A DNA stretch of 13,221 nucleotides from Promethearchaeota archaeon Loki_b31 (lineage in GTDB: Archaea; Asgardarchaeota; Lokiarchaeia; Sigyniarchaeales; SOKP01). Made by a program: the position numbers and the translations under genes. The notes below the pieces were generated by a model that worked only from the letters and a program-made list of their open reading frames with translations, was not told the origin of the DNA and did not search any database. Positions 1 through 6,649 of this stretch are shown here, piece by piece. Location of the stretch: positions 1 to 13,221 of the forward strand of contig NJBI01000078.1 in NCBI GenBank assembly GCA_005222975.1. Direction: 5' to 3'. Each line of letters opens with the position of its first letter. Position 1 is the first letter of the stretch.

Positions 1-31
1 TGAATTTTCATAGGTATCCCAAACTTAATAA

Positions 32-1135
32 TTAATATTTTGAAGTGGTTTTTGATTTGATTTTATATTTTGGAATCTCTTTTATTTTTCTTAACTCTTT
101 TTCAAAATCTCGCTTTTCTCTAAGAAATCTCTCTTTATCACTTTTTAATTTTTCTCTTTCTCTTCTAATTGCCTGCTTTTCATTCTGCATCATCGATTTT
201 TCTTTTTCCAATTGTTTAGACTCATTTTTTAATTTTTTAAGCTTATTCTCTAAATTACGAATTTTATGTTCTAAAGAATAATAAGTATCTTCTGCTTTAG
301 GAACTTTTCTATCTAATTCCTTTAATCTTGCTTCTTGCCCTTTTTTCTTTCTTTCTAATTCTCTTATATTACGATCTACTTTCTCTTTATACTTGTTCAA
401 TCCTTCTTTTTTTTTTTCAACTTCACGAGATTGAAGATTTAACTCTTTTTTTTTATATCGAACTTTTTCTTTTTCATCTTTTAATTTTCTTTTCTCATCC
501 TCGATTCGATTTTTTTCATCTATTTTTTCTCTTCTCAAACTATTGATTTCTTTGGTTAGATTATCTCTTTCTCTCGTTAAATTCTTAATTTCATTTCTCA
601 AATCCATTAATGCGTTTTCCAACTTTTCATTAGTTCTTTCTAACGCATTTTCTCTCCGTTCCATACCGGGTATTTTAGTTTTAATTTCCTTAATTCTATC
701 TTTTGCTCTTTCTTTTTCTTTTTCTAAATATTTTTTCTCATTCTTTATCTCATCTTTTAATCCATGTAGTTTCTCTTGATATCGTTCTAAGTTAGCATTT
801 TTTTGATCTAATTCCCTTTCTCTTAAAGCTATATTATCTCTACTTTGCTTTATTTCATTTCTCATAGCATCTAATTCATTTTTTAATTTTTCACGTTTAT
901 TTTGTAGGTCTCTCACTTGAAGTTCTTTTTCTTTTCTTTTCTTTTCTAAATCTTCAATATTTTCGTGGTATCCTTCAATTTTTTTAATAACCTGTTCCCA
1001 TTCATTTTTCTCTTTGTTCAATTTAGCTGTTTCTTCCTTAATTTTTTTGAGTAATTTCGCATCTGGAATAACATCTAATTGCTCTTCAGGTGTTTTTTCT
1101 CGAATTTGGTATTTAGGAATGGGTTTATCATTCAT
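32..1135 (-). CDS. Long coiled-coil protein (367 aa), function unknown
   Basis: ATG-started ORF, almost entirely E/K/R/L/N heptad-like helix. Prolines only near the termini and at P156/P279. No Walker A motif or hinge, so not an SMC. Confidence 0.85.
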   Translation of the reverse strand: MNDKPIPKYQIREKTPEEQLDVIPDAKLLKKIKEETAKLNKEKNEWEQVIKKIEGYHENIEDLEKKRKEKELQVRDLQNKREKLKNELDAMRNEIKQSRDNIALRERELDQKNANLERYQEKLHGLKDEIKNEKKYLEKEKERAKDRIKEIKTKIPGMERRENALERTNEKLENALMDLRNEIKNLTRERDNLTKEINSLRREKIDEKNRIEDEKRKLKDEKEKVRYKKKELNLQSREVEKKKEGLNKYKEKVDRNIRELERKKKGQEARLKELDRKVPKAEDTYYSLEHKIRNLENKLKKLKNESKQLEKEKSMMQNEKQAIRREREKLKSDKERFLREKRDFEKELRKIKEIPKYKIKSKTTSKY

Positions 1136-1317
1136 GGTATTTGTAAAAACTCATATAAATTTTTAAGTATAATATAGTATTTTTCACTCTAAAGTGTTTG
1201 CAATTTACTTTTATTACTTTAAAGCCAATTTTTGTTGTCGATTTATATATTATCATTTCCATTATTTCTTAAAAAGAAACATAAAATTTATAATTCTAAA
1301 CTAATGGTGTGTATTTA

Positions 1318-1707
1318 ATGGATTTTGAGGAAGATTTTAACGAGGAATTTGACGAGGAATTTGACGAAGACCTAGATGAAGAATTAGATGAGCCTTCTAC
1401 AAAGTCCCCCACGGAAGATTTTACAGTTAAAACTCCAGATCAAAAAATCTCACATGAAGGAAAAAAGATTTCAGTGTATTTTCTATCAACCATAGGACCT
1501 GGTGAGAAAAAACAAAAATTACTGGTCTATACTGGAAATAAAGTAGGAGATATTAAAGAAACTGTAGCAAATTTGTTTGCTTTAGATCCTGCTGACTTTC
1601 ATTTATCTTCGGGGGGAGTCACTATGGATGAAATTTCGATGTTAAGTGATTATAATTTGTCTGATGGAGATGATATATTACTAATTCCAGCTAGCGTTGC
1701 TGGTTGA
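1318..1707 (+). CDS. Ubiquitin-like protein (Ubl-1) with acidic N-terminal tail, C-terminus ...LIPASVAG-stop
   Basis: The last ~82 aa follow the ubiquitin pattern (VGDIKETV~IENVKAKI; FHLSSGGVTMDE~QRLIFAGKQLED; LSDYNL~LSDYNI). ATG at 1318 is preferred over the GTG at 1309 because GGTG (1306-1309) lies 8 nt upstream and the paralogue starts similarly (MDF vs MSF). Confidence 0.85.
   Translation: MDFEEDFNEEFDEEFDEDLDEELDEPSTKSPTEDFTVKTPDQKISHEGKKISVYFLSTIGPGEKKQKLLVYTGNKVGDIKETVANLFALDPADFHLSSGGVTMDEISMLSDYNLSDGDDILLIPASVAG
1324..1392 (+). repeat. In-frame 12-bp tandem repeat (~6 degenerate copies) encoding (F/L)-D/E/N-E-E/D units
   Basis: TTTGAGGAAGAT TTTAACGAGGAA TTTGACGAGGAA TTTGACGAAGAC CTAGATGAAGAA TTAGATGAG. 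Exact core (ACGAGGAATTTG)x2 plus ACGA at 1340-1367. Confidence 0.9.
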
Positions 1708-1759
1708 ATAGATTGGAAAGATATAGACAATTTAATAATATTATTTTCTTTTTTCACTT

Positions 1760-2554
1760 CTATTTTTTTTTTTTTCTTGATGGAATTAGCGCAATTTCGT
1801 TATCATCGTCTATAGCATAATCTTCTATTAGAAGAGTTTCTTTCAATAAAATCCCCCCAGATGATAATAGAAAATCTTCTAGATTATAATCAAATAATAT
1901 TCCAACTTTTTCTTTAATGATACTTACTAATTCAGACGGATCAATAATGAGAATCTTAGTTTTCTCACCTGATTCGACTAATGACCTTACATAAACACGT
2001 ATTTTCTCATCCATCCCAATAGTATGCAATGGTGGGTTGTATATCACCTGTTCCTCAGTTAGGCTCTTGGTTTCTAACATATCTTCAATTAACTGTTTTC
2101 TCTCACTATCATCAAAATACAACATCTCTCTGATAAAAAAGATTTTATCCATTTTTGATAATCCTAAAAGATCAATTTTAGCTATTTGCTCTTTACTAAA
2201 AATAGTAAAAATATAATCATCCATCGATTCTATTTCTTCAAATGATTCTATTGCATTCGCATAATTATCTATTAAAGGCATTGCATCAAAGTAATCCTCG
2301 AGTAGAGCACTAGTTTTTTTCTTAACTGATTTTTGTTTAGGAAAAGGTTTTTTACCTTTCATCTTTACAATATGGGTACTACTAGATTGAACAACGGTGT
2401 ATATCGTGCCTGTGGATAGCACAGCAACACTACCAATTGTTAGAAAGATATATACTGGAACATTTTCTACTTGTAAAAATATAAGAATCAAATAGGTAAA
2501 TACAATCCCTACATAAAGAGTTATGAGACTTAATATTCTATAATTCTTTCTCAT
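1760..2554 (-). CDS. Membrane protein with two N-terminal TM helices and a C-terminal Ubl domain lacking the terminal Gly
   Basis: Two hydrophobic segments (ILSLITLYVGIVFTYLILIFL; VYIFLTIGSVAVLSTGTIYTVV). The last 81 aa align with Ubl-1/Ubl-2 (GEKTK, IKE, FLLSSGG, DY, LIP) and end SRKKKK. ATG at 2554 preferred; the ORF track starts at TTG 2599. Confidence 0.8.
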   Translation of the reverse strand: MRKNYRILSLITLYVGIVFTYLILIFLQVENVPVYIFLTIGSVAVLSTGTIYTVVQSSSTHIVKMKGKKPFPKQKSVKKKTSALLEDYFDAMPLIDNYANAIESFEEIESMDDYIFTIFSKEQIAKIDLLGLSKMDKIFFIREMLYFDDSERKQLIEDMLETKSLTEEQVIYNPPLHTIGMDEKIRVYVRSLVESGEKTKILIIDPSELVSIIKEKVGILFDYNLEDFLLSSGGILLKETLLIEDYAIDDDNEIALIPSRKKKK

Positions 2555-2638
2555 GATTTTTATGATAAATTCTATTCTAATTTCTAATATATAATTCAAA
2601 ATATAAATCCCATTGGAATAAGTTTGAAATTTTGATGC

Positions 2639-3310
2639 TCACCCACCTAAAATTGATGCTCTTATCTTATAGTATTTCTCTGTATTGATTTTAAAAAAAA
2701 CCTTTTTATTTTCTTTTTCGATTGTTATTAAATCCAGATTTTTTAATATTTCAAGATACTTTTTTATAGTATTGTAATTCTTTTTTAATCCAGTTGCGAT
2801 TTCAGTACTCTTTAATGTTTTATTTTCTTTAATCATAAAATCAATTATTTCTTGAACGATATCTCTTTTTAAATAAAAAAATAACATATCATATTCTGGA
2901 TTTGAATCATATTCAAAGATTATTTTTTGATTATCAATTTTTTTTGATCTAGTAAATCTAAATTTTTCTAAACAGGATAAATGCCATAGTGCTTGATTGC
3001 TTCCAATGTTAATGGCTCTCATTATTTCATTAATATTTGATGGATTCTTCTTTATAAAATTATAAATTTCATTTCTTATGGGATGTTCAATAATATTGTT
3101 TTTCATTAATTTTGTTCCAGGAATTAAAATTCTTTTTTTAATTAGATTTTTAATTATAAGTTCAATACTATTTTTATTTAGATAAGGGTTAGATTTTACT
3201 CTATTATTGATAAATACAACAATATCTTCTATTGAAAAGAAAGGTTTCTTTTTTAAATATTCCCTTATTAAATCACAAACAATAGATTGAAGGTTATCCG
3301 GAGAGCTCAT
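2639..3310 (-). CDS. Winged helix-turn-helix transcriptional regulator with tandem ArsR-like wHTH domains
   Basis: RNEIYNFIKKNP..INEIMRAI..G..QALWHLSCLEK and a second HTH, STEIATGLKKNYNTIKKYLEILKNLDLI. This matches the archaeal double-HTH regulator pattern. Confidence 0.8.
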   Translation of the reverse strand: MSSPDNLQSIVCDLIREYLKKKPFFSIEDIVVFINNRVKSNPYLNKNSIELIIKNLIKKRILIPGTKLMKNNIIEHPIRNEIYNFIKKNPSNINEIMRAINIGSNQALWHLSCLEKFRFTRSKKIDNQKIIFEYDSNPEYDMLFFYLKRDIVQEIIDFMIKENKTLKSTEIATGLKKNYNTIKKYLEILKNLDLITIEKENKKVFFKINTEKYYKIRASILGG

Positions 3311-3503
3311 AAGCTAAAATTTTTATTATGTTAAATGGTCTGAATTTATTAATCAAATCTTCTTTCTAAACAGTATTCTCACCAATATATATTAATAAAT
3401 CGTCATTCAATTTATAAATATATGTTCTTAGGCTCTACTTAATATATTATTTCGTTCACTTTTTAAAATTAATAAAACTTCAAAATCATTCCAATGCGTT
3501 TTA

Positions 3504-3530
3504 TAATAAATAGATTTTATCTATTTATTA
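3504..3530. promoter_or_regulatory. Perfect 12-bp inverted repeat (TAATAAATAGAT-ttt-ATCTATTTATTA), candidate operator
   Basis: Lies in the divergent intergenic region between the wHTH gene and the Ubl-2/E1 operon, and overlaps a TATA-like TTTATAA at 3500-3506. The palindrome is observed; the function is inferred. Confidence 0.5.
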
Positions 3531-3575
3531 AATTCTAAAAAAAAATAAATCTAAAAAATAGATAAAGTGATTTGA

Positions 3576-3908
3576 ATGAGTTTTGACAACGATTTTGATG
3601 AGGAATTAGAACCAGTTAAATCTAAAACCCCATCAAGTAAAACACCCTCAACAGGCAGAAAGTTGACTTTATATTTCATGTCAACTATTGGTCCTGGTGA
3701 AAAGAAGGAAAAATTAACTGTGAATGACGGTAATAATGTAAGTGACATTAAACAAACATTAGGAAATTTATATGGACTTGATCCTGAAGAATTTCACCTC
3801 TCATCCGGAGGAGTTACCATGGATGAGGGTAATCAATTAAAAGATTATAATGTTAGTGATGGCGACGACATTCTCTTGATCCCAGCGAGTACTGCTGGAT
3901 ACTTTTAA
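3576..3908 (+). CDS. Ubiquitin-like protein precursor (Ubl-2), C-terminus ...LIPASTAG-YF
   Basis: 58/82 residues identical to the Ubl-1 domain by manual alignment. Immediately upstream of E1-E2-JAMM-RING. Confidence 0.9.
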   Translation: MSFDNDFDEELEPVKSKTPSSKTPSTGRKLTLYFMSTIGPGEKKEKLTVNDGNNVSDIKQTLGNLYGLDPEEFHLSSGGVTMDEGNQLKDYNVSDGDDILLIPASTAGYF

Positions 3909-3934
3909 ATATTTCTTTTCATAAAGTTTAATAT

Positions 3935-3968
3935 AAGGGCATTAAGCCCTTCAATTTTTTTATTTTTT
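3935..3968 (+). terminator. Putative hairpin plus T-tract terminator/attenuator between Ubl-2 and E1
   Basis: AAGGGC-attaa-GCCCTT (3935-3951), followed by CAA and T7-A-T6. The GC stem stands out in AT-rich DNA. Confidence 0.45.
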
Positions 3969-3983
3969 CAATTAATATTAATA

Positions 3984-5216
3984 GTGATAATATTGGATAA
4001 GGAATCAGATTTTTTTGCTAAAGGAATGACAGCGGAAGAGAGAAATTTATATGATCGCCAATTTCGTTTGGAAGGATGGTCTCAGAATTTGGTAAAAGAC
4101 TCAAGAGTGTTAATTGTAGGCATTGGTGGGTTAGGTTGCGAAATTGCTAAAAACCTAGCCATGTTAGGTGTAGGCCATTTAGATCTTGTTGATTTAGACA
4201 TTATTGAGCATTCCAATTTGAATCGCCAAATTCTTTTTGTTGATGCAAAGTTAGGAGAACCAAAAGCTATTGTAGCGGCTAATAAGCTAATCAAGATTAA
4301 CCCTAATATTACTGTAAAAGGGTATCATACATCCTTAGAAAGGCTAGATCCTGCTTTATATCGTGCGGCAGATGTTGTTATTGGGGGTCTTGATTCAATG
4401 AATGCCCGTTTGAACCTAAATGCGCAATGTATACGATTTAGAAAACCACTAGTGGATGGAGGTGTAAATGGTTATCATGGACATATGTATTCAATCTTTC
4501 CGTATCGGAATGCTTGTTACGAATGTAATCCATTACCAGTAGCTGAAAATGATGAAATGGCAGCCTGTACAGTGGTAGGTATCCCCCGAAAACGGATTCA
4601 TTGTGTTTTTAAAGGAGATATGGCCTTTAAAGAAAAGTTTGATAGAGATCCGTACCCAAAAAATATAAAGGATATTGAATTTATCCAAAAAGGTGCAAAT
4701 AAATTAGTGAATAAGCATAATTTCCTACCTGAATATACTTCTGATGATATCGTTAAAATTATTGATCGTCATGATCCTGGGATCATTACAATTAATGCTG
4801 TTATTTCTGCTTTAGAATCACATGAAGTTGTGAAAATCTTGCATTGGAAAAGAGGTCATAAGAGTTTAGGACGACCCATTTCAAGTTATGTTATATTTAA
4901 TGGAATGACAATGAAACTGTATCATATTGAAAAGAAGAGAAATCCGGAATGTTCTCAATGTGGTAAAAACGTAAGGCGTGTTGCTATAAAAATGAAAGCT
5001 CAATCACCCTGTATGAACATAATTAGAACATTGCAAAAAAATGGATTTGAATTGGAACCTGAATTTGAACCAGTTGTTACCTTACAGGATTTCAATGACA
5101 TCATGGTTTTAGATTTAGAGCAAAATGTAATCGAAAATGGATTAAGAAACTACGAATTTCTGACCGTTGTGGGGTTAAAGGGTGGAGAAATTTATGTTAC
5201 TTTAAAATTAAAATAA
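3984..5216 (+). CDS. E1 ubiquitin-like activating enzyme (ThiF/MoeB adenylation domain, catalytic-Cys region, probable C-terminal ubiquitin-fold domain)
   Basis: LYDRQ, GIGGLG, DLDIIEHSNLNRQ, GLDS..AR, two CxxC pairs (CYEC, CSQC). CTVVGIPRKRIHC resembles the UBA3 catalytic motif CTIASMPRLPEHC. Start is uncertain (GTG 3984, TTG 3993 or ATG 4026). Confidence 0.92.
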   Translation: MIILDKESDFFAKGMTAEERNLYDRQFRLEGWSQNLVKDSRVLIVGIGGLGCEIAKNLAMLGVGHLDLVDLDIIEHSNLNRQILFVDAKLGEPKAIVAANKLIKINPNITVKGYHTSLERLDPALYRAADVVIGGLDSMNARLNLNAQCIRFRKPLVDGGVNGYHGHMYSIFPYRNACYECNPLPVAENDEMAACTVVGIPRKRIHCVFKGDMAFKEKFDRDPYPKNIKDIEFIQKGANKLVNKHNFLPEYTSDDIVKIIDRHDPGIITINAVISALESHEVVKILHWKRGHKSLGRPISSYVIFNGMTMKLYHIEKKRNPECSQCGKNVRRVAIKMKAQSPCMNIIRTLQKNGFELEPEFEPVVTLQDFNDIMVLDLEQNVIENGLRNYEFLTVVGLKGGEIYVTLKLK

Positions 5217-5293
5217 AAATTAAATCAAAAATGATTTTTGAGAAAAATCTATTAAAAAAAAAAGTATAAAAGAAAATAAAAAGGGTTGAGAAA

Positions 5294-5821
5294 ATGAGTA
5301 TAAGAACCAGTCGTGTTTCCCGAGATTTTGCGGGATTAAAAAAATTGCTTAAAGAAGGTACTATTATCCAATTAAAACCATTTAATCCGAAAAAAAAGAG
5401 TATTGATCATTTAGCAATCACAATTAAAGGTCCTAAAGGTACAGTTTATGCAGGGGGATTGTTTAAGTTGGAAATGAGATTCCCGGCTCAGTATCCTAAG
5501 CGACCTCCTTTCGTAAGATTGCATACTCCAATTTGGCATCCAAATTTTTGGCCAAAACCAAGTGAATACAAAGGACAGAGAAATATTTGTTTAGCTTTAG
5601 TAGATCCTTCTTTAACGGGTAAAAAAGGGGGATGGAGTCCTTCAAAAACAGCAGTTACTGTTGTTCAAGCAATAATTGCAATGTTAAACACCCGTGGTAA
5701 ATATGTTAATCCCACTGATGTTTTTAATAAGAAAGCTGCAATAGAAATGATGAAAGATCAGAAATTTTTTGAGAAAAAGGTCAAAAATTTAGTAAAGAAA
5801 TACGCAAAAGATAAATGGTGA
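5294..5821 (+). CDS. E2 ubiquitin-conjugating (UBC-fold) enzyme
   Basis: GP.GT.Y.GG.F.L...FP..YP..PP.V....IWHPN, catalytic ICL (C99), WSP. Confidence 0.95.
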   Translation: MSIRTSRVSRDFAGLKKLLKEGTIIQLKPFNPKKKSIDHLAITIKGPKGTVYAGGLFKLEMRFPAQYPKRPPFVRLHTPIWHPNFWPKPSEYKGQRNICLALVDPSLTGKKGGWSPSKTAVTVVQAIIAMLNTRGKYVNPTDVFNKKAAIEMMKDQKFFEKKVKNLVKKYAKDKW

Positions 5822-5828
5822 ATTTATA

Positions 5829-6620
5829 ATGAATATTGATGATAATGCACTCAGAGAGGCAATAAAACAGAAAATTAAGGAAAAAATTAAAAAGGAATTA
5901 CTTGAAGAAGTATATACCGAATTACAACTAGAAGAATTGCAGGAAGAATTAACCACTGAACTTATTAAAGCAAGGCCTTTAGAACATTCAAAAGAAATTA
6001 AAGCCAAACTTGAGCCAATTCCTATGGAACCAATAAAAACTATAGCTAAAAATGATAAAGTTGAAGTATCTTTGACTATAAAATCTATCCTTAAGATCGC
6101 TAGCCATTCATTAAAATATGCACATTCTAAAATGCGAAGAGAGAATTGGGTTGAAGTAATAGGGTTGCTTGCAGGAAAATACGATAATAGAAAAGGAATT
6201 CTTCATGTTGAAGATGCGTATCCGATGGGGCATGGTACAGCAGTATATGCTGAAATTAAAGATTATAAAAATTATGTTAGAGCCTACAAAGAGATTAAAA
6301 AAGATAATCTGGTTATTTGTGGATGGTATCATTCTCATCCTTCTTATGGATGTTTTATGTCTCGAGAAGACTTAGGAACTCAAGCAAGATATCAAAAATT
6401 ATGGGATAAAGCTATTGCGCTTGTTATTGATCCATATCAGATTAACGGGAAATCTTTAGGTTTTGAAATTTATCGTGCTAATTTTAAAACAAAAAAATGG
6501 TTTTCAATTCCATTTGATATTAAGGGGTATTTAGATGTAAGAATGTTACCAGAAATTTTAGAATTTATGAATCCTATTATTGAAGGAAAACCAGTTTATT
6601 TAGAATATGATGAAGAATAA
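5829..6620 (+). CDS. JAMM/MPN+ metalloprotease (Rpn11/CSN5-like) with N-terminal coiled-coil extension
   Basis: EVIGLLAG and GWYHSHPSYGCFMSREDLGTQ give the full E...HxH-x7-S-x2-D motif; also ALVIDP. GGTG lies 8 nt upstream. Confidence 0.93.
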   Translation: MNIDDNALREAIKQKIKEKIKKELLEEVYTELQLEELQEELTTELIKARPLEHSKEIKAKLEPIPMEPIKTIAKNDKVEVSLTIKSILKIASHSLKYAHSKMRRENWVEVIGLLAGKYDNRKGILHVEDAYPMGHGTAVYAEIKDYKNYVRAYKEIKKDNLVICGWYHSHPSYGCFMSREDLGTQARYQKLWDKAIALVIDPYQINGKSLGFEIYRANFKTKKWFSIPFDIKGYLDVRMLPEILEFMNPIIEGKPVYLEYDEE

Positions 6621-6649
6621 TGAATAGTTTTTAAGGTGAAAATTAAACT

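Noticed and set aside
45-779. Plus-strand ORFs 45-281, 328-546 and 543-779 with hydrophobic F/L/S-rich translations
   Set aside because: Antisense shadows of the E/K-rich coiled-coil gene. The hydrophobicity is a codon-complement artefact.
32-1135. SMC/Rad50 or ESCRT-III assignment for the coiled-coil protein
   Set aside because: No ATPase motifs, hinge or zinc hook, and no recognisable Snf7 pattern. The resemblance is compositional only.
1136-1305. Specific TATA/BRE calls in this intergenic region (e.g. TTTATATA at 1242-1249)
   Set aside because: Too many equivalent matches in such AT-rich DNA to assign one without TSS data.
1324-1392. CRISPR-like array, or AIM/LIR motifs in the acidic repeat
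   Set aside because: The units are 12 bp, in frame and without spacers. Hydrophobic residues are spaced i/i+4, not the i/i+3 of [WFY]xx[LIV].
1318-3908. Naming the modifiers UFM1, SUMO or ubiquitin
   Set aside because: Only partial resemblance to each. The E2 has HPN (unlike UFC1) and the E1 is not UBA5-like, so no symbol is justified without a phylogeny.
3576-5216. Reading Ubl plus E1 as a ThiS/ThiF or MoaD/MoeB sulfur-carrier pair serving the nearby cofactor genes
   Set aside because: An E2 and a RING-like gene are present, the E1 has a UBA3-like catalytic Cys motif and no rhodanese domain, the Ubls lack GG, and MptA/ArfC/CofGH need no sulfur carrier.
3576-6620. Calling the locus a CBASS or Bil-type defence system
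   Set aside because: No CD-NTase, effector or mobile-element context, and the E1/E2/JAMM motifs look eukaryote-like. A defence role is not excluded, but the sequence does not support it.
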